64,000 nucleotides of DNA from Lingula anatina (Eukaryota > Animalia > Brachiopoda), in assembly GCA_051362555.1 (NCBI GenBank), contig CM120648.1, forward strand, positions 1,589,721-1,653,720. Direction: 5' to 3'. The first letter of the stretch is position 1. Each line of letters starts with the position of its first letter. Of the stretch, positions 51,701-64,000 are shown piece after piece. Made by a program: the position numbers and the translations under genes. The notes beneath the pieces were generated by a model that saw only the letters and a list, made by a program, of their open reading frames with translations, did not search any database and was not told where the DNA came from.

Positions 51701-54700
51701 CTATGCAGCATAGTGCTGTTACCACACAAGATAGAGGTATGCTAGATGGACTCTCTCTCTCTCTGATCATCATCATCATCAACCTTAGAATACACTTTGG
51801 TTAATCTCTCTCTCTCACTCACTCTCTCTCTCTCTCTCACATGGTCGCGTGCACGCACGCAAGCTATTTGCATGTATGGTATTAAGTTCATCAAAATGCA
51901 TCATTAAGGTTGATATTTCTTACATTTCCAGATCTGAATATACAGGATCAACCCCCAAAGCCAAGCCTTTCTACCTGTTGGGATAGTGGTCATATTGGTG
52001 ACCCTCCTCCTCAAGGGAATGTTTCTGAACCCAACGTCCCATTGACACCTTGTGAGGAAGGGGATATTCAACCTTTAAGGAAGGACGCACCCCAAGCAGA
52101 TGCCCAAAATGAGAATGTTAATGTTTCAGATACACTGTTGAGCCCCATAACATCTGACATTGGCGCAGAGGCAGACCCAGTACTTGTTAAGGCTGGATCA
52201 TTTTCTGTGGAAAGTAACGATAGTACAGCCATGGAAACTGCTGCGGCAACAGGGGATAAAATTGGTGCTGAAACCATGGAGACTGGGGATATAACAGGTG
52301 CCGAGACTGTGGAAACTGGTGTTCTTCCAGGTCCAGAAGCTAAGAATGAAACAGAAAAAGTTCATATAGAAATTGAAAGTAAAACGATGCGTGCAGGATC
52401 CATGGCAGTAGGTGATACACCAAATGAACAGGATAAGATAAAACCTGATAAAGCACACTTGGAAGCCACAGTTACAGACAGCAAAACAAATACACCAACC
52501 TTAGATATGCAGAGAAAGACAAGCCCAGTGGTTATGGAAATTGATGACAAGAACACCCCAGGTTCCGTATTAAACAGTGATGTAAGTTTAACAAGCTCTG
52601 CAAAAATGACAAGTTCCCCTTCCCCTTCATCTCCACGGAGGCTACTTACCCAGAGTTCCGAGAGGAAAAGGTCATCACCTAATCCTAGTACTGCGGTGAG
52701 GTATGAAATACATTGTGGAAAAATAGTGTTCAAAAGGCGTGCAAAGGATGGCGAGGCTTCATCAACTCCGCAGTCAAAACAGCAGCCTCGCAGATCAAGA
52801 AGGAGGACGGTGGTAAAAAGTGAACCTGTTTCTCATTCAAGAGGGAGGCATGGAAGTTATCGTAGCACCAGTCCAAGAGTTGATGGAGTTGTAGAAACTG
52901 CAATGAAAGGAAAGGAATGTAAAAAAAGTCGAGATGTCACTGAGGATGGTAACTCAACAGTTTCCAACATAAAAATTTCAAGACTGTCTGGCTGCAAAGA
53001 TGCTTCTCTAGCAACTGACCTTGACCCTAAAGGTGACCTCGAACATCCACCTGCTGTGGCAGAGTTGAGCCCCAGCATGCCTGTGCTTGAACCTGAAGAT
53101 GTGGACCTTTTGAATGTTAATGAACAGCAAAATGAGAAAGAAGCAACCAAATCCTCTTCTGTACCCGCCATAGATGAGGTTTTCACGAAGGCAGGTAATT
53201 CTCAGTCGGGAAAGATGGATGCAGGGGAAGGAGTGGCAGATAAGGTGGAGGCACCTGTTGTCAAAAATATCCCTCATAGCAATGTCCAGGATATAGGTGG
53301 CACTGGGACAAAAGGAACTGAATGCACTGAAGGGCTTAAAAGTGCAATGGAAGCTGACCAAGAAAAAACAGCAAGTTCGATAACAAAGAAAATAAAAATT
53401 GATTCCCACAAGCCAAAGCAGGGTTACACCTTCGATGTTGAGCCAGTTTTTGAAAAGATAAATTCTTGGTTGAGTAATAAGGATACAAAAATTGACATGC
53501 TTACAGAGGCACAACAGAATGTAACTCCAAATGTAAACCAAACAGCTGATGAATTTCAGAAAGGAACAACACCTTCTGGGACCACAAAACCAGCTGAAGT
53601 GGGTAGTTTGGTTGGGCTGAGTGCGAAGAGTGATGTTAGAAATTCTCAAAATGTGAAGTCGCCTCCAATGGAGTCCAATGACCCTGAAAGCATTAAAGTA
53701 CAATTTTCTGAAACAACTGAGTATTTAAAGGGAAATCTATCCACAGTGGCTGGCGAGGTTATTGGCAGTAAGCAAAAAGAAGGTAACCTTACTGCACAGA
53801 CATCTGGAACAAAGGAAACAGTCCACAGTGCACCATCTCAGAAGCAAAATGTCAATAACCTTCAGCAACCAGTTTCTAAGAAGGATGGACCTACAGATTC
53901 ACCACAAACATTATTGAAGAAAGAAGAGGAAAATGTAAATGCTAGTATAAGCAAGACAACAAGAATTGTGAAACAGCCTACAAAAGTCTCAAGGTGTGAA
54001 CAAGAAAAGTCTAAAAAACCAGGAAACACACAGACACGCAGAAGAGTTGACCCTAGATATGTGAGCCCTAGACCCACCACCAGACCTCGATATGTCACCA
54101 TTCCAGACCAATTTGACCAAGTTTTGTCTTTGGACCTAGGTCAAAGCTCAACATTTGACCTTGGCCAAGGATTGTCATTTGACCTTGGTGAAGGGTCATC
54201 ATATGACCTAGGTCAAGGGTCATCATTTGACCTTGGCGAAGGGTCATCATTTGACCTTGGCCAGGGATCTCAGGATGAAACTGATGACATTCTAGAACTG
54301 GAGAACTCTATTCAGGAGTGCATTAGCGCTATTATGAAGGGTGGCGGAGGAGAAGATATTCTGAAGGAAACAACTGGCAAAAGGAGGCAGGCTGCACCTC
54401 TGCCTGTCCAGAAAACTAGGAGCCCAAGAAGAGCACCACAACGAAGAAGGTCCAGAGCCATGATAAAGAGAACTCATCCACGTCCTGAGCAACACTCGCC
54501 ACCTCCCATAAAGAGGAGGGATCTGGAAACTAGTCAGGAAAAGGAAGCCTTGGTTACACAAGAAAGTACAAAATCCCAGATTAAGGACAATGTTGATGCT
54601 GATACTAAAACTGAATCTGCACCAAACATTGCCGAAGGTGAGGCTGTTACAGAGTCAGAGCCTTTAGAGAAACAGACAAGTGAGTCCCAGTCAGATGAAA

Positions 54701-57700
54701 TGTCTTCAAAGCAACAACAGACTTCATTCCTGCCTCAGCAAACTAATTCCAGTGAGAAGAAAAAGTCCACACAAAGGAGGACTTCAGGGAGAAAAAGAAA
54801 AGTCACTTTCAACTTAAACCCTGAGACAGTTTCTGTAGAGGATAGAGCTGAACAAACTCAAAGTTTAGCAGACACAGGTCCTCCTGTGCTAGAGATGGAA
54901 GAACCTTTGCATCCACTTGAAGAAAATGAAGGTGTGGAAGTACCTGGTTGTCACTATGCCGTGATTGATTCCAGCAGGTCTTCAGACAGTAAAAGTGAAC
55001 CAACATTAGGTCAGGCTGAAAATATTCCCCCTAAAGATGAGGGCCAAAATTTAGTAGAAAATACAAATTTAGAAGAATCTGATCAACTTTTGAATCCAGT
55101 CAAGGCACCGTCTGTGCAAGAAAAACCAGGAACAACAGAACAAACGTTGAAGGCTAATGACCAGGAAACAGCTAAGGAAAATTCACAGCAAGATGAAACA
55201 GAAATATCATCTGACAAACCAGAATTGACGCCTGATGAACAGGGTTCATCAAAAGAAGATTTGGTGACAGTGGGGTCTCCAGAGTTTCAGTTTGAGCTGC
55301 AGGACTATCATTGTGTTAAGGGTCGCCTAGGCCGAATGATATATCGTTGCGACATATGTCAGGGAATATATCGCCATGCTTTTAGCCTGAAGAGACATTA
55401 CATGCGCATTCATATTAACCCTAAGTACCTTTCTGGACCTGAACATGGAACAGATGGTGATGGCTCAAGAATTAAATGTGGAGAAGCACCCAAACTGGAA
55501 GGTGGAGAGAAATATAAATATGAAACTGAAAAGGTACCCAAAAAAGAAACTGGTGAAGAATCTAAATATGAAAAAGAAAGTGAAAAAGCATTGAAAAAAG
55601 AAAGTAATGAAAAATCCAAATATGAAATGGGAAAGAAGGGTAAAGGTAGCAGTGGAGAAGTGATGGAAATTGACAACAAGGAAGTGCATGAAATTGAAAG
55701 TAGAGAGTTAGATGAAAGTGAAAGGAAACAACAGCAAAAGGAGTTTGAAACACAAGATGAAACATCTGAAAAAACAGCCAGCCACGTTGAGCTGTTTGAA
55801 AGTGAAACTGATCCTGCCGTAGTTAATATTGATAAAGAAAGGACAGATAACTTGAAAGAACTTAAATCAAGCAAAGAACCATACAAAAATGAAGACAAAT
55901 CTGAAGGAACCAAAAACTTGTCAACATGTGAAACTGGAATAGAAGACTCCTCAAATGAAATAGAAATAGTAGAACACCATAACATTGATACCATTAGGCA
56001 CCAAAATAGATGTGGAGAAAATGAAAATGATACAGAGGGATCCAGGAGTCCTTGTGGAAAGCCAGAAAACCCAAAGAATTTTGACACAAATGAAGAAGCA
56101 ATTACACTTGAAATGGAAAGTTGTGAAAATACAAACTCACAAAAGATACAGACATGGAAAACAAATTTGGAGCAAAACCAAATGGAGGCAGAGAAGACAA
56201 ATACCGAAGTAGTTGCTGAAGCTGCCACAGCCAAAGATGAGCAAATTGATTTTGGTAATGAAGCAGCTTTAACAACCAGGGAAACACATCATAACGACAA
56301 CCCGCTCGATGATGGACATATTAAAGACAATACAGAACCCACTTGCATTAAGGCAGGGAGTGATGATACAGAACCCAGCAGTGTTCTCAGTGTGGATATA
56401 CCAGTGAGTTCCACACAAGGTAATAAAGATGAGCCACAAAATAGAAGCAGACCTGTGGAAATCCAGGTTGCAACTTTAGACAGGCGTAGTGAAGATTTAC
56501 CAGGGAATGGAAATGATGTAGGTGATGTGAGTGAAGCTGTCAGTGGTGACCAATCTGTTGACAAATCAGAACAAATTGGAGATAGGCCCAAAGGCACAGA
56601 GCAAGAACCTGAAACTAATGCACATTCTATTAACAATGAAGTCCTAACAGGTTCGGAAGATGTCGACAAAGCTGCACCAAATGATGATAATGCACTAGTT
56701 GGTAACCTAGTTACACCTGGTGAAATGCAAGATATGGAGAGGTCAGTAACAAATCCTGTCAATACAAACCCTAGTGACGCACCAGATGACCGCAAGGAAA
56801 AGTGTGAAAGTGATGCGCAAGACAATGGAAATGTAGTGCTCAAGAACATAACAAGTACTGGGATGGCCGTCCCTGATGTAATATCCACTGATGTGGGTAC
56901 TGACCCAGTTAACCTTAAACAAGCTTATCCTTACAGTGAATACCCAGGTGAAGAAACAGCTGAACCCACTGGTGAAACTTCCCAAACATGCTCCGTTTGT
57001 CCAGAATCAGATTCAACAGAGGACAAAACTATCCCAGAGTGTGCAGTTCCCCAGCATTTTGAAGACTTGCAAGTTACACAGAAAAGTCAACCCACTGGTG
57101 AAATGCTGCAAACATGTGGTGGCTGTCTAGATGTAGACATAACTCAACCGGCTGATGGATTACATCAGCTCAGTGCTGAACCAGAAGATCAGGATCCAGT
57201 GAAATCTGCTGTTGAAAAGCCTGCACCACTTGGTAAAGACAAGGCTGAACTTGCCTCTGAAATGTCTCAACTTAGACCTGAATCACTCGAAGAAAAAACA
57301 GGGAGGTCTGCTATTCAGACATCCCCAACTTGTGCTGATTCACTATATGTTGACACAATTGATTCAAAACATGAAGGTTCTCAACCCATTGATATTTCTA
57401 GTCATGAGTTACCAGATGAAAGCAAGATGAAACCCACATTAACTAACATTGATACAGAAAAACCTAGTGTGGAAACTTTGGATAATGACTCTGTAGTTCT
57501 TTCTGCCATTCACTTAGATAATGAAACAGCAACAGCTCATGAGGAACCAAAAGACAATAGCAGTGTAAGTAATCATAGTGAAATGGGAATGTGTATTGCA
57601 ACACCCAGTGACTATGACTTTGAAAAGGAAAATGATTCAAAGGCTCAAAGTGCTGATGATCAGGATGTTGATTTATCTTTTCCTTGTAGGGATGAACATT

Positions 57701-60700
57701 CTGAAGAACTCCGTGCACAAGACAGTGCAAAGGATGTTGACAGTGACTATGAAAAGGATGACAAACCAACAAGTGCTAGAGGTTTTACTCCAGGTGGTGA
57801 CAAGTTAACCCACAGTGACAACACATTCAAGCATGACACAGCAGTTGTGGCAGTTGCCCCAAACAGAGGCAAAGCAGAGCTTGCTGCACATTCACCAAGT
57901 TTAGATACACCAACATCAGATGATGATATAGTTTCAGATAATGAAACTGCTAGTTGTGTGGCAAACACTGAAACTGGTGGAATACAGAAAGGCTCTGTGA
58001 TCTCAAACGAGCACCTGTCTCATGGTAACTGTGAAGGAGCAAAGGACGAGTCATCATCAGGCACCAGTGTGGTTCCCAGCTCTGAAGAGCAAGGCGATGA
58101 AAAGGCAAAGTCCTCTCTTGATGCAGGTGCTACAACACCAACAGACACCATTGTGGTCCACAAAAGGGAAGAGCACAATGAGAAGAAGGACACACCTTGC
58201 ACAGATGAAATAAGTGATGCGTCAGCAAGCCACAATGTGACCCTCAAAAGTCAAGAAGGAGAACATGATGAAAGGGCTAAAGTTTGTGATGATGGGTCAT
58301 TCTGTGATCAAAGTAATTCCGGGAGAGGTGACCTCGATGGTAAAAACTCTGTTACTTGTTTGGAGGATTCAGTTGATAACAAAACAGGATCTTGTGTCAG
58401 TGAATCCTCTGAAAAAGATGCACCAAGCAAAGTGGCAAATCTTAATCAAGAAGAGATAAAAGATGAAAGAGTGATACGTATCGACAAGGAACTTGAGAAA
58501 AGACCAGAATGTAATGAAACTGAAGAACCGGCCCAGCATGATCAGGTGGCACCATTAAGTGCTGAAGTCCCAGGTTGCAGAGAGAGAAAACCCGATATGA
58601 TTGATGACAGCAATGTGGACCTCACTGCTGATTCAAAGGTTGAAGACAGAGTTGTTGGCAGAGGCATTAGCACAGAGGACGGCGTAATGGGTTTCAGAAG
58701 AAAACCTCACAAACCTGACAGTTCAGAAACCAGTGAGGTATTAGCTCATTGCGATGAAGTCCCTGGTGGTGATCTCACGTGTGACGAATACACTGTGTCC
58801 CCTTCAAAATTAGTGTGCAGTCAAATATCTAGTGGGCAAACCTTACTGAAGCCGACTGATGGGGATCTGACAGTCACAATGCAGGCAGAAAAGAAAACAG
58901 GCTACCTTGAACAGAATGAAAAAGAGCAACCAAAGGAGCCAAGGGCCAGAGACCCTGCTAGCAGTATTGGAAGAACAACAACACAGATGGATGACTCTAT
59001 CACAATCAAGGAAACCAACTTTCCCGAGAACAACTTTCCAGATGTTGTTGAGGGAGATCTCAAGTCAACAGGCTTTGTTGATATTAGTTTGACAAAGTTA
59101 ATAAGTAAGGACACCCCTGATAGTAGAATGCAAGCACCAGTGGATAAGAAGCCAATAGCTTCCTCTTTCCAAAACTCTGATGATAATAGTGAAAGGACCA
59201 AAATGGCTATCCTGAATGTGCAAACTGGTAGTGATTATGAGAACAAAGATGACAAGGCCAACTTGATACCTTTAAATGACTTAACAAGTGGGTCTGTGCC
59301 AAGCACTTTGATTTCTTTAGACAGCAGTGAGTCCAGTTCAAGAGAACACACATTATTGGATTTCAGCAGTCAGCAGCATTCAACTAAAGAGACTTCTCTG
59401 GAAAATGTAACAGCTGCTGCTTCAGTACCTTTAGCTACCAGCGGTGCTCAGTCTGCAACTCCTGATGTCACTGTTGAACATATACCCGATTCATTGGATG
59501 GTGATCACCAGCCCCAAAACATGACCAACTCTGAAAGTACCTTGGACCCAGTGTCAGTTGTTTCCTCTGGTAGTGCTGATGAATGTAACCCTGTTCACCA
59601 GACCCCACCCACTCTTGACTCACAGACTTTGAATACAGATGCCCAGAGCTCAGTAGACCCTTTGAATGCCGTTTCCGCAGGGGATACTGAGGATGGAACA
59701 CCGTCACATAATTTGACTAGTGAAAGTACACCTTTGGCAAACAGTAATCTGCAAGCACCTGTCCTCGATATGCCTGGTTTGTTTAAGTGCAACCTTTGTA
59801 CAGAGACATTTAACAGTGCACAAGAGCTAAGAGAGCACCTGACCAACCACCCGGCCCTTCCAGGAAAGGAGACATTTGCCTGCACCCAGTGCCAGATGAA
59901 GTTTACCAGCAAGCCTAACCTCATGAGGCACCAGATTGTACACACAGGTACCTTCACTGGTTCTTTGGTCGCATTCAGAACAGTGGACTAACTAGTCCGA
60001 GGGTCACTTAGGGTCAACCCACTAAAAAGCTTGCTGTCTATTCCGCTGATAGACACTGAATAGATTTCCCGTGGGGAAGTATTCAAGTGGATTGGCCATA
60101 TTTGACCCTCGGACTAGTTAGTCCTCTGTTCTGGTTCTGAATGCATTCTTTGTTGTTATTGTTGAGGGTGTGAGGGGTGGTTGGGGGGGGGCATAGGAAG
60201 ATGTATAGTGAGAGAGTGAGGGGAAGAGTGTAAAAAAGATTGGAATGAGTGGGGGGGACAGGCTGAGCGAGGGAGAAGAGGGGGAAATGGGTGGGTTTAA
60301 GAATGAGAGAGACAGAGAGAGAGCAGAAATGTGTTTCTTATGTAATGAAAGCTTTTTTTATTTTCAGTTTCACCTTTGATATTCTATCTTGACTATACTC
60401 CATTAGACTTGGGAGTTCACTGATAAAAGATTTAAAAAAAAACAAGTTTATGGATACATAACCAATAACTTTTACTGTATGCTTATTTTAGAAGTTACAG
60501 TTTAAGTACTGGGCTGAAAATTTGAGACTTAACTGCAGACTTGCTTACTTACAGGAGCCAAGCCATATGAATGTCAGAAATGTGGACAAGACTTTCCAAC
60601 TGTGACTCACATGCGTAGACACGTGCAGAAAATGCATTGCGGCAACCAGCAAAACCAACATCAGTGTGACAAATGTACTGAGTCGTTTGCTCGAAAAGTC

Positions 60701-63700
60701 CTGTTGATGAAACATATTTCAAAAGAGCACAGCCATGATTGTGAGACCTTAACTAAAGGTATAAGACTTTGTGGCTTACGTTCTTGGGCGTGGGGGAGGG
60801 GAGGTGGGTTTTGCTCCCATTTTGAAGAAAGGCAAGGTCACCGGCAATCTGTAAAGTTTCCTTATAATATTAAGATAATAATGACGGGATATTTGCATAT
60901 AATACCTTGCTATCAAAATTATTTAACATAGTTTTAATGATCACTATGAATTAATTTTTTCCTCTTAAACAAGTAATTACTGAGGATCCAAAATTGATTT
61001 TCTTTGTCGATATTCAGTCTCATATAGAATCTTTTTTTGAAGCTCATTGATGAATTGACAAATGCCTTACCTTCTCCTACTTTTTAAATTCACATAAATG
61101 ATGTATCCAGACAATTAAAAGTGTTTAAAGCCTCAAATATTTAATCTCGAGTATAAAACTTGGATATCTTTTGTTTGGGTAATTCTTAGTATTGCCATGG
61201 AAACGAGGTGGTGTGGGTTACGAGGCCAATTGATGATATTCATTTAATTATTGGCTGATTTTGGAAAGTAGCTGTGAAATGCTTTCTTTATATCTTTATG
61301 ACCTCATATAGCAATATTTTTGTTTTTGTTTGAATTTGAAGGTTTTAAACATGACATGTTTAAATGGCTATCAGTTACTTGAACAAGCACATGCCCTTAA
61401 ATTTCTCAGGATGTATATTTGTTCTCTCTTTAGGTGCAAAAGCAGATGAAGTTGCTATAGGCCCTGATGAGTCGATTGCCTGTCCTGAACAAGAGAGTGT
61501 CTGCACAGCTGAGGAAGAGAGAATGTCCACTGAAGCTGAATCTCCAGTGCCAGACACTGCAGGGGAAGATGTGGGCCAAATTACAGAAATAACCAATAAG
61601 GTATTTATACAGGATATCCAGATATGAGAGAGAGAGAGAGAGAGCAGTATATATGAAGATATACATGAAAGAGTGCAGGATAAAGAACATATGGATATGA
61701 GATATGTATTTTGACATGTCTCTACTTATTAAGACTAGCAGTTAAAGTGAGGGGCATTGCCTGACATGTTTAAATTAAATGTCTGATATTTTCATTTTGC
61801 AGGAGGGGGAGAGCAAAAAGCATCTCTTCCCCTCTCTCCCACTCACCCCATTCCATCCATTGTAATTAAATTGTGCTAAGGCTTACAGAGCTAACTCGAT
61901 CAGCTTACCGCACTTTTGCTTTTTTATTGCAGGAAGATGTTGTAAGCTGCAGTAGTAGATATGAGGAGAAGCAAGGCAGCGAAAATGATGAGGGCAGCAC
62001 TTCCAGTGATGGTTTGAAGACAGGCCACAATGGCCAGCAACATCTCACAGTGAAACACAATCTTCGACAAACTCGACAAAGAGAGCAGAAAGACAGCTCT
62101 AGAGGTGAAACCACGTCCACTTTTTCATATCAGTGCATTGTGTGTAAAAAGCGTTTCCCAACTTACAGCCAAATGTGTCGCCATCGCAGAATGGCCCATG
62201 AGCGACCAAAGGCCTTGATCTCACGTGAGAAGGAGAAGAAATCCAAACCGCCTCCTAAAGATAATGATGACTCTGGTGAACAGGATCTGAACTCCAGAAT
62301 TACTTTTTATGCTCATATCAGTAGCAATGTGGCTGAGAACCTAAGATTTTATTTAGATGGCAAGGATGATGCTCTTTCCAATTTCCACAAGCATTTAAGG
62401 CATTATGATAAAGTGCATGGATTTGGAATTTTACCAGAGCCAAAGTCCGTAAAGCTGGACCTCAAGAAGTTCAATTTTACTGATGAGGAGATTGAACTAA
62501 TTGAAAAAGAACAAGAAGATAGGAGACTTGGTCAGCAGGAACAGCTACAAGGGATGGACCAAAATTCGGCCACAGGCAAAGTTATAATGAATGATGCATT
62601 ACAGGCAGAACAGCATGGAGCAAATTCAGAAGAATGTGAAAATGATAATTCACAAAGTGCAGAAGTATGTCCTTCTGAAAATGTCACAGTGTGTGCTATA
62701 TCACATCATCTGGCACATGCTTATGAACATAGTATGTCTTTGAACAGGCAGGAGAAAGAGGGAGGCCCACCAAATCCTTCAGTGAGTACATCTGTGGGCA
62801 TGCAAGAGAAGGAGCATGGTCCACCAAATCCTACAATGAGTTCGTCTTTGGGTAGGCAGGGGAATGAGGAAGTTTCACCAAGTCTTACAATGGAAGGAGG
62901 ATGTTGGGGTGAAAAGGCTGATGAAGAGGAACACCAAATTACTAAAGTAACTGAAAAATGTATAGAAAACCAGGGGGAAAGCAATATGGAGGTCACCAAT
63001 ATTCAATGCGCTGTTTCGGAAGAAAAGGGAAGAAATGATGCAGTTCCTTCCTGGAAACAAGCTTCTTTAAATGAAAAAAGTGAAGTGTCTCAATTAAAAG
63101 GGAACTCTACTGAGGTTAACCAAAGTGAATACCCAAAGCCTGAATCAGATTCAAAATCCATTCCTACCAAAGCTCTGAAAGCTTCTTTGGCACCTGGTCA
63201 AAAAGAAAATATTAATACAAAATCCGCAGAGATGTTGCCTGTATTTCCACCTAGTGCCGCAGAACAAAATGATTGCCTTTGTGAAGGTCAAAATCAGGAT
63301 AAGGATACTTCTATAGAGAAAGAGCAGAGCAAGTCACAGGTCAGTGGTGATACTGTAGGTGGGGAAATACCCGTCAACATAGCAGAGGACAAAAAGACAA
63401 CTATCCCAGCACTACCAAGTAGCATCAAATCAGATCAGTCCTCTCAGATATTTAGAAAAGAAGACAACAAGCAATCAAATTCCAACAAAGCTACAAGTGA
63501 AAGAGAAAAAATAGTTTCTGGGCCACAGGTAGAAGGAGTACAGTCACAAGTGTTGGAGTCAGCTCAATCAGAAGAAACAGATGGACAAAACTCGACTGAA
63601 GGAAAATACAAGAAGCTGCCACTTATTCACAGATGTCCAGTCTGCAAGATAACCTTTGACATTGCTGCCGACTATATCAACCACCTGAAAAAGATCCATG

Positions 63701-64000
63701 GTATTGAGCTCCCAGAGGATCTTCCAGAAGAAGACCCCAAATTAACAACTGAGGCAGATGGGTCGAAGCAAACACAGAGTAAGACAAAACTTGCAAGGAA
63801 CATGGAGAAAATCCGTTCCCTTAGGTCATTCAGGAGAGGACAATCTCTGCAAAGCATCCAACAGAAGGGTATTACAGAGGGCGGTGGCAGGGGAGATGTG
63901 GATGAATCTTCGAGGAATACAAGATTTGATGAAGTCTCACAGTGGGACCAGGGAGTGGAGCAATATGGTCGCTACCCGGTCCAGAGACGGTATATTTGTT
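47470..64000 (+). CDS. Very large C2H2 zinc-finger protein (>3600 aa, mostly low-complexity acidic/Ser/Thr), truncated at 3' by the window end
   Basis: Phase-consistent exons 47470-47563, 49730-49854, 50022-50291, 51664-51736, 51932-59947 (8016 nt), 60555-60758, 61434-61600, 61933->64000. C2H2 fingers: YRCDIC..HYMRIH, FKCNLC..HLTNH, FACTQC..HQIVH followed by the spliced linker TGAKPY, ECQKC..HVQKMH, QCDKC..HISKEH, YQCIVC..HRRMAH, HRCPVC..HLKKIH, and another beginning (YIC) at the window edge. The first four exons are less certain than the rest. Confidence 0.85.
50561..51636. mobile_element. Kolobok-like ~1.08-kb non-autonomous element in an intron of the zinc-finger gene
   Basis: ttaa|agga ... 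tcct|ttaa. Internal inverted pair ggtcacgtggt..gacaatc (~50742) / gattgtc..accacgtgacc (~51444-51469). CpG-rich relative to its CpG-poor flanks. Confidence 0.7.
54133..54270 (+). repeat. Coding 24-bp tandem repeat, about 6 units of DLG(Q/E)GSS(F/Y)
   Basis: gacct(t/a)gg..aagggtcatcattt units inside the 8-kb exon. Confidence 0.9.
59967..60148. mobile_element. Harbinger-like MITE (family B-related) 20 bp downstream of the giant-exon donor
   Basis: gcattcagaacagtggactaactagtccgagggtca is mirrored by tgaccctcggactagttagtcctctgttctg..ctgaatgc; TTT flanks both sides (3-bp TSD). Confidence 0.85.

Noticed and set aside
52068-59957. Numerous antisense and alternate-frame ORFs over the giant exon (also over 14358-15323 and 31597-33300)
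   Set aside because: Shadow ORFs produced by the codon bias of the real CDS; no motifs or splice support.
51910-59991. ORF-track 2693-aa protein as a complete gene
   Set aside because: It starts at an intronic TTG and ends by reading through a donor into a MITE. The real exon is 51932-59947 and splices to restore the HTGAKPY linker.

Overview
AT-rich, intron-rich, microsatellite- and MITE-rich animal genomic DNA, probably a non-vertebrate bilaterian. It is not prokaryotic, and I found no rRNA, tRNA or CRISPR. Five protein-coding genes can be reconstructed by hand from GT-AG sites and phase-consistent reading frames: (1) a melatonin/Moody-like class A GPCR with an uninterrupted CDS (14358-15323, +); (2) a 10-exon secreted protein of about 539 aa with the architecture signal peptide - Eph ligand-binding-like domain - sushi/Cys-rich - 4xEGF - PLAT/LH2, with no TM segment or kinase (23844-29990, +); (3) a single-exon 567-aa multipass membrane protein resembling gustatory-receptor-like 7TM ion channels but with two extra C-terminal hydrophobic helices (31597-33300, -); (4) a 9-exon PLP-dependent D-cysteine desulfhydrase-type enzyme of about 364 aa (34585-40648, -); (5) a very large C2H2 zinc-finger protein with an 8-kb coding exon that runs off the window (47470->64000, +). 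Non-autonomous DNA transposons are common (Harbinger-like including a nested pair, Kolobok-like, hAT-like, Helentron-like). CpG content appears to drop sharply over the zinc-finger gene. The best novelty candidates are the secreted Eph-EGF-PLAT protein and the extended Grl-like channel. All family calls rest on motif recognition by eye; no database search was run.
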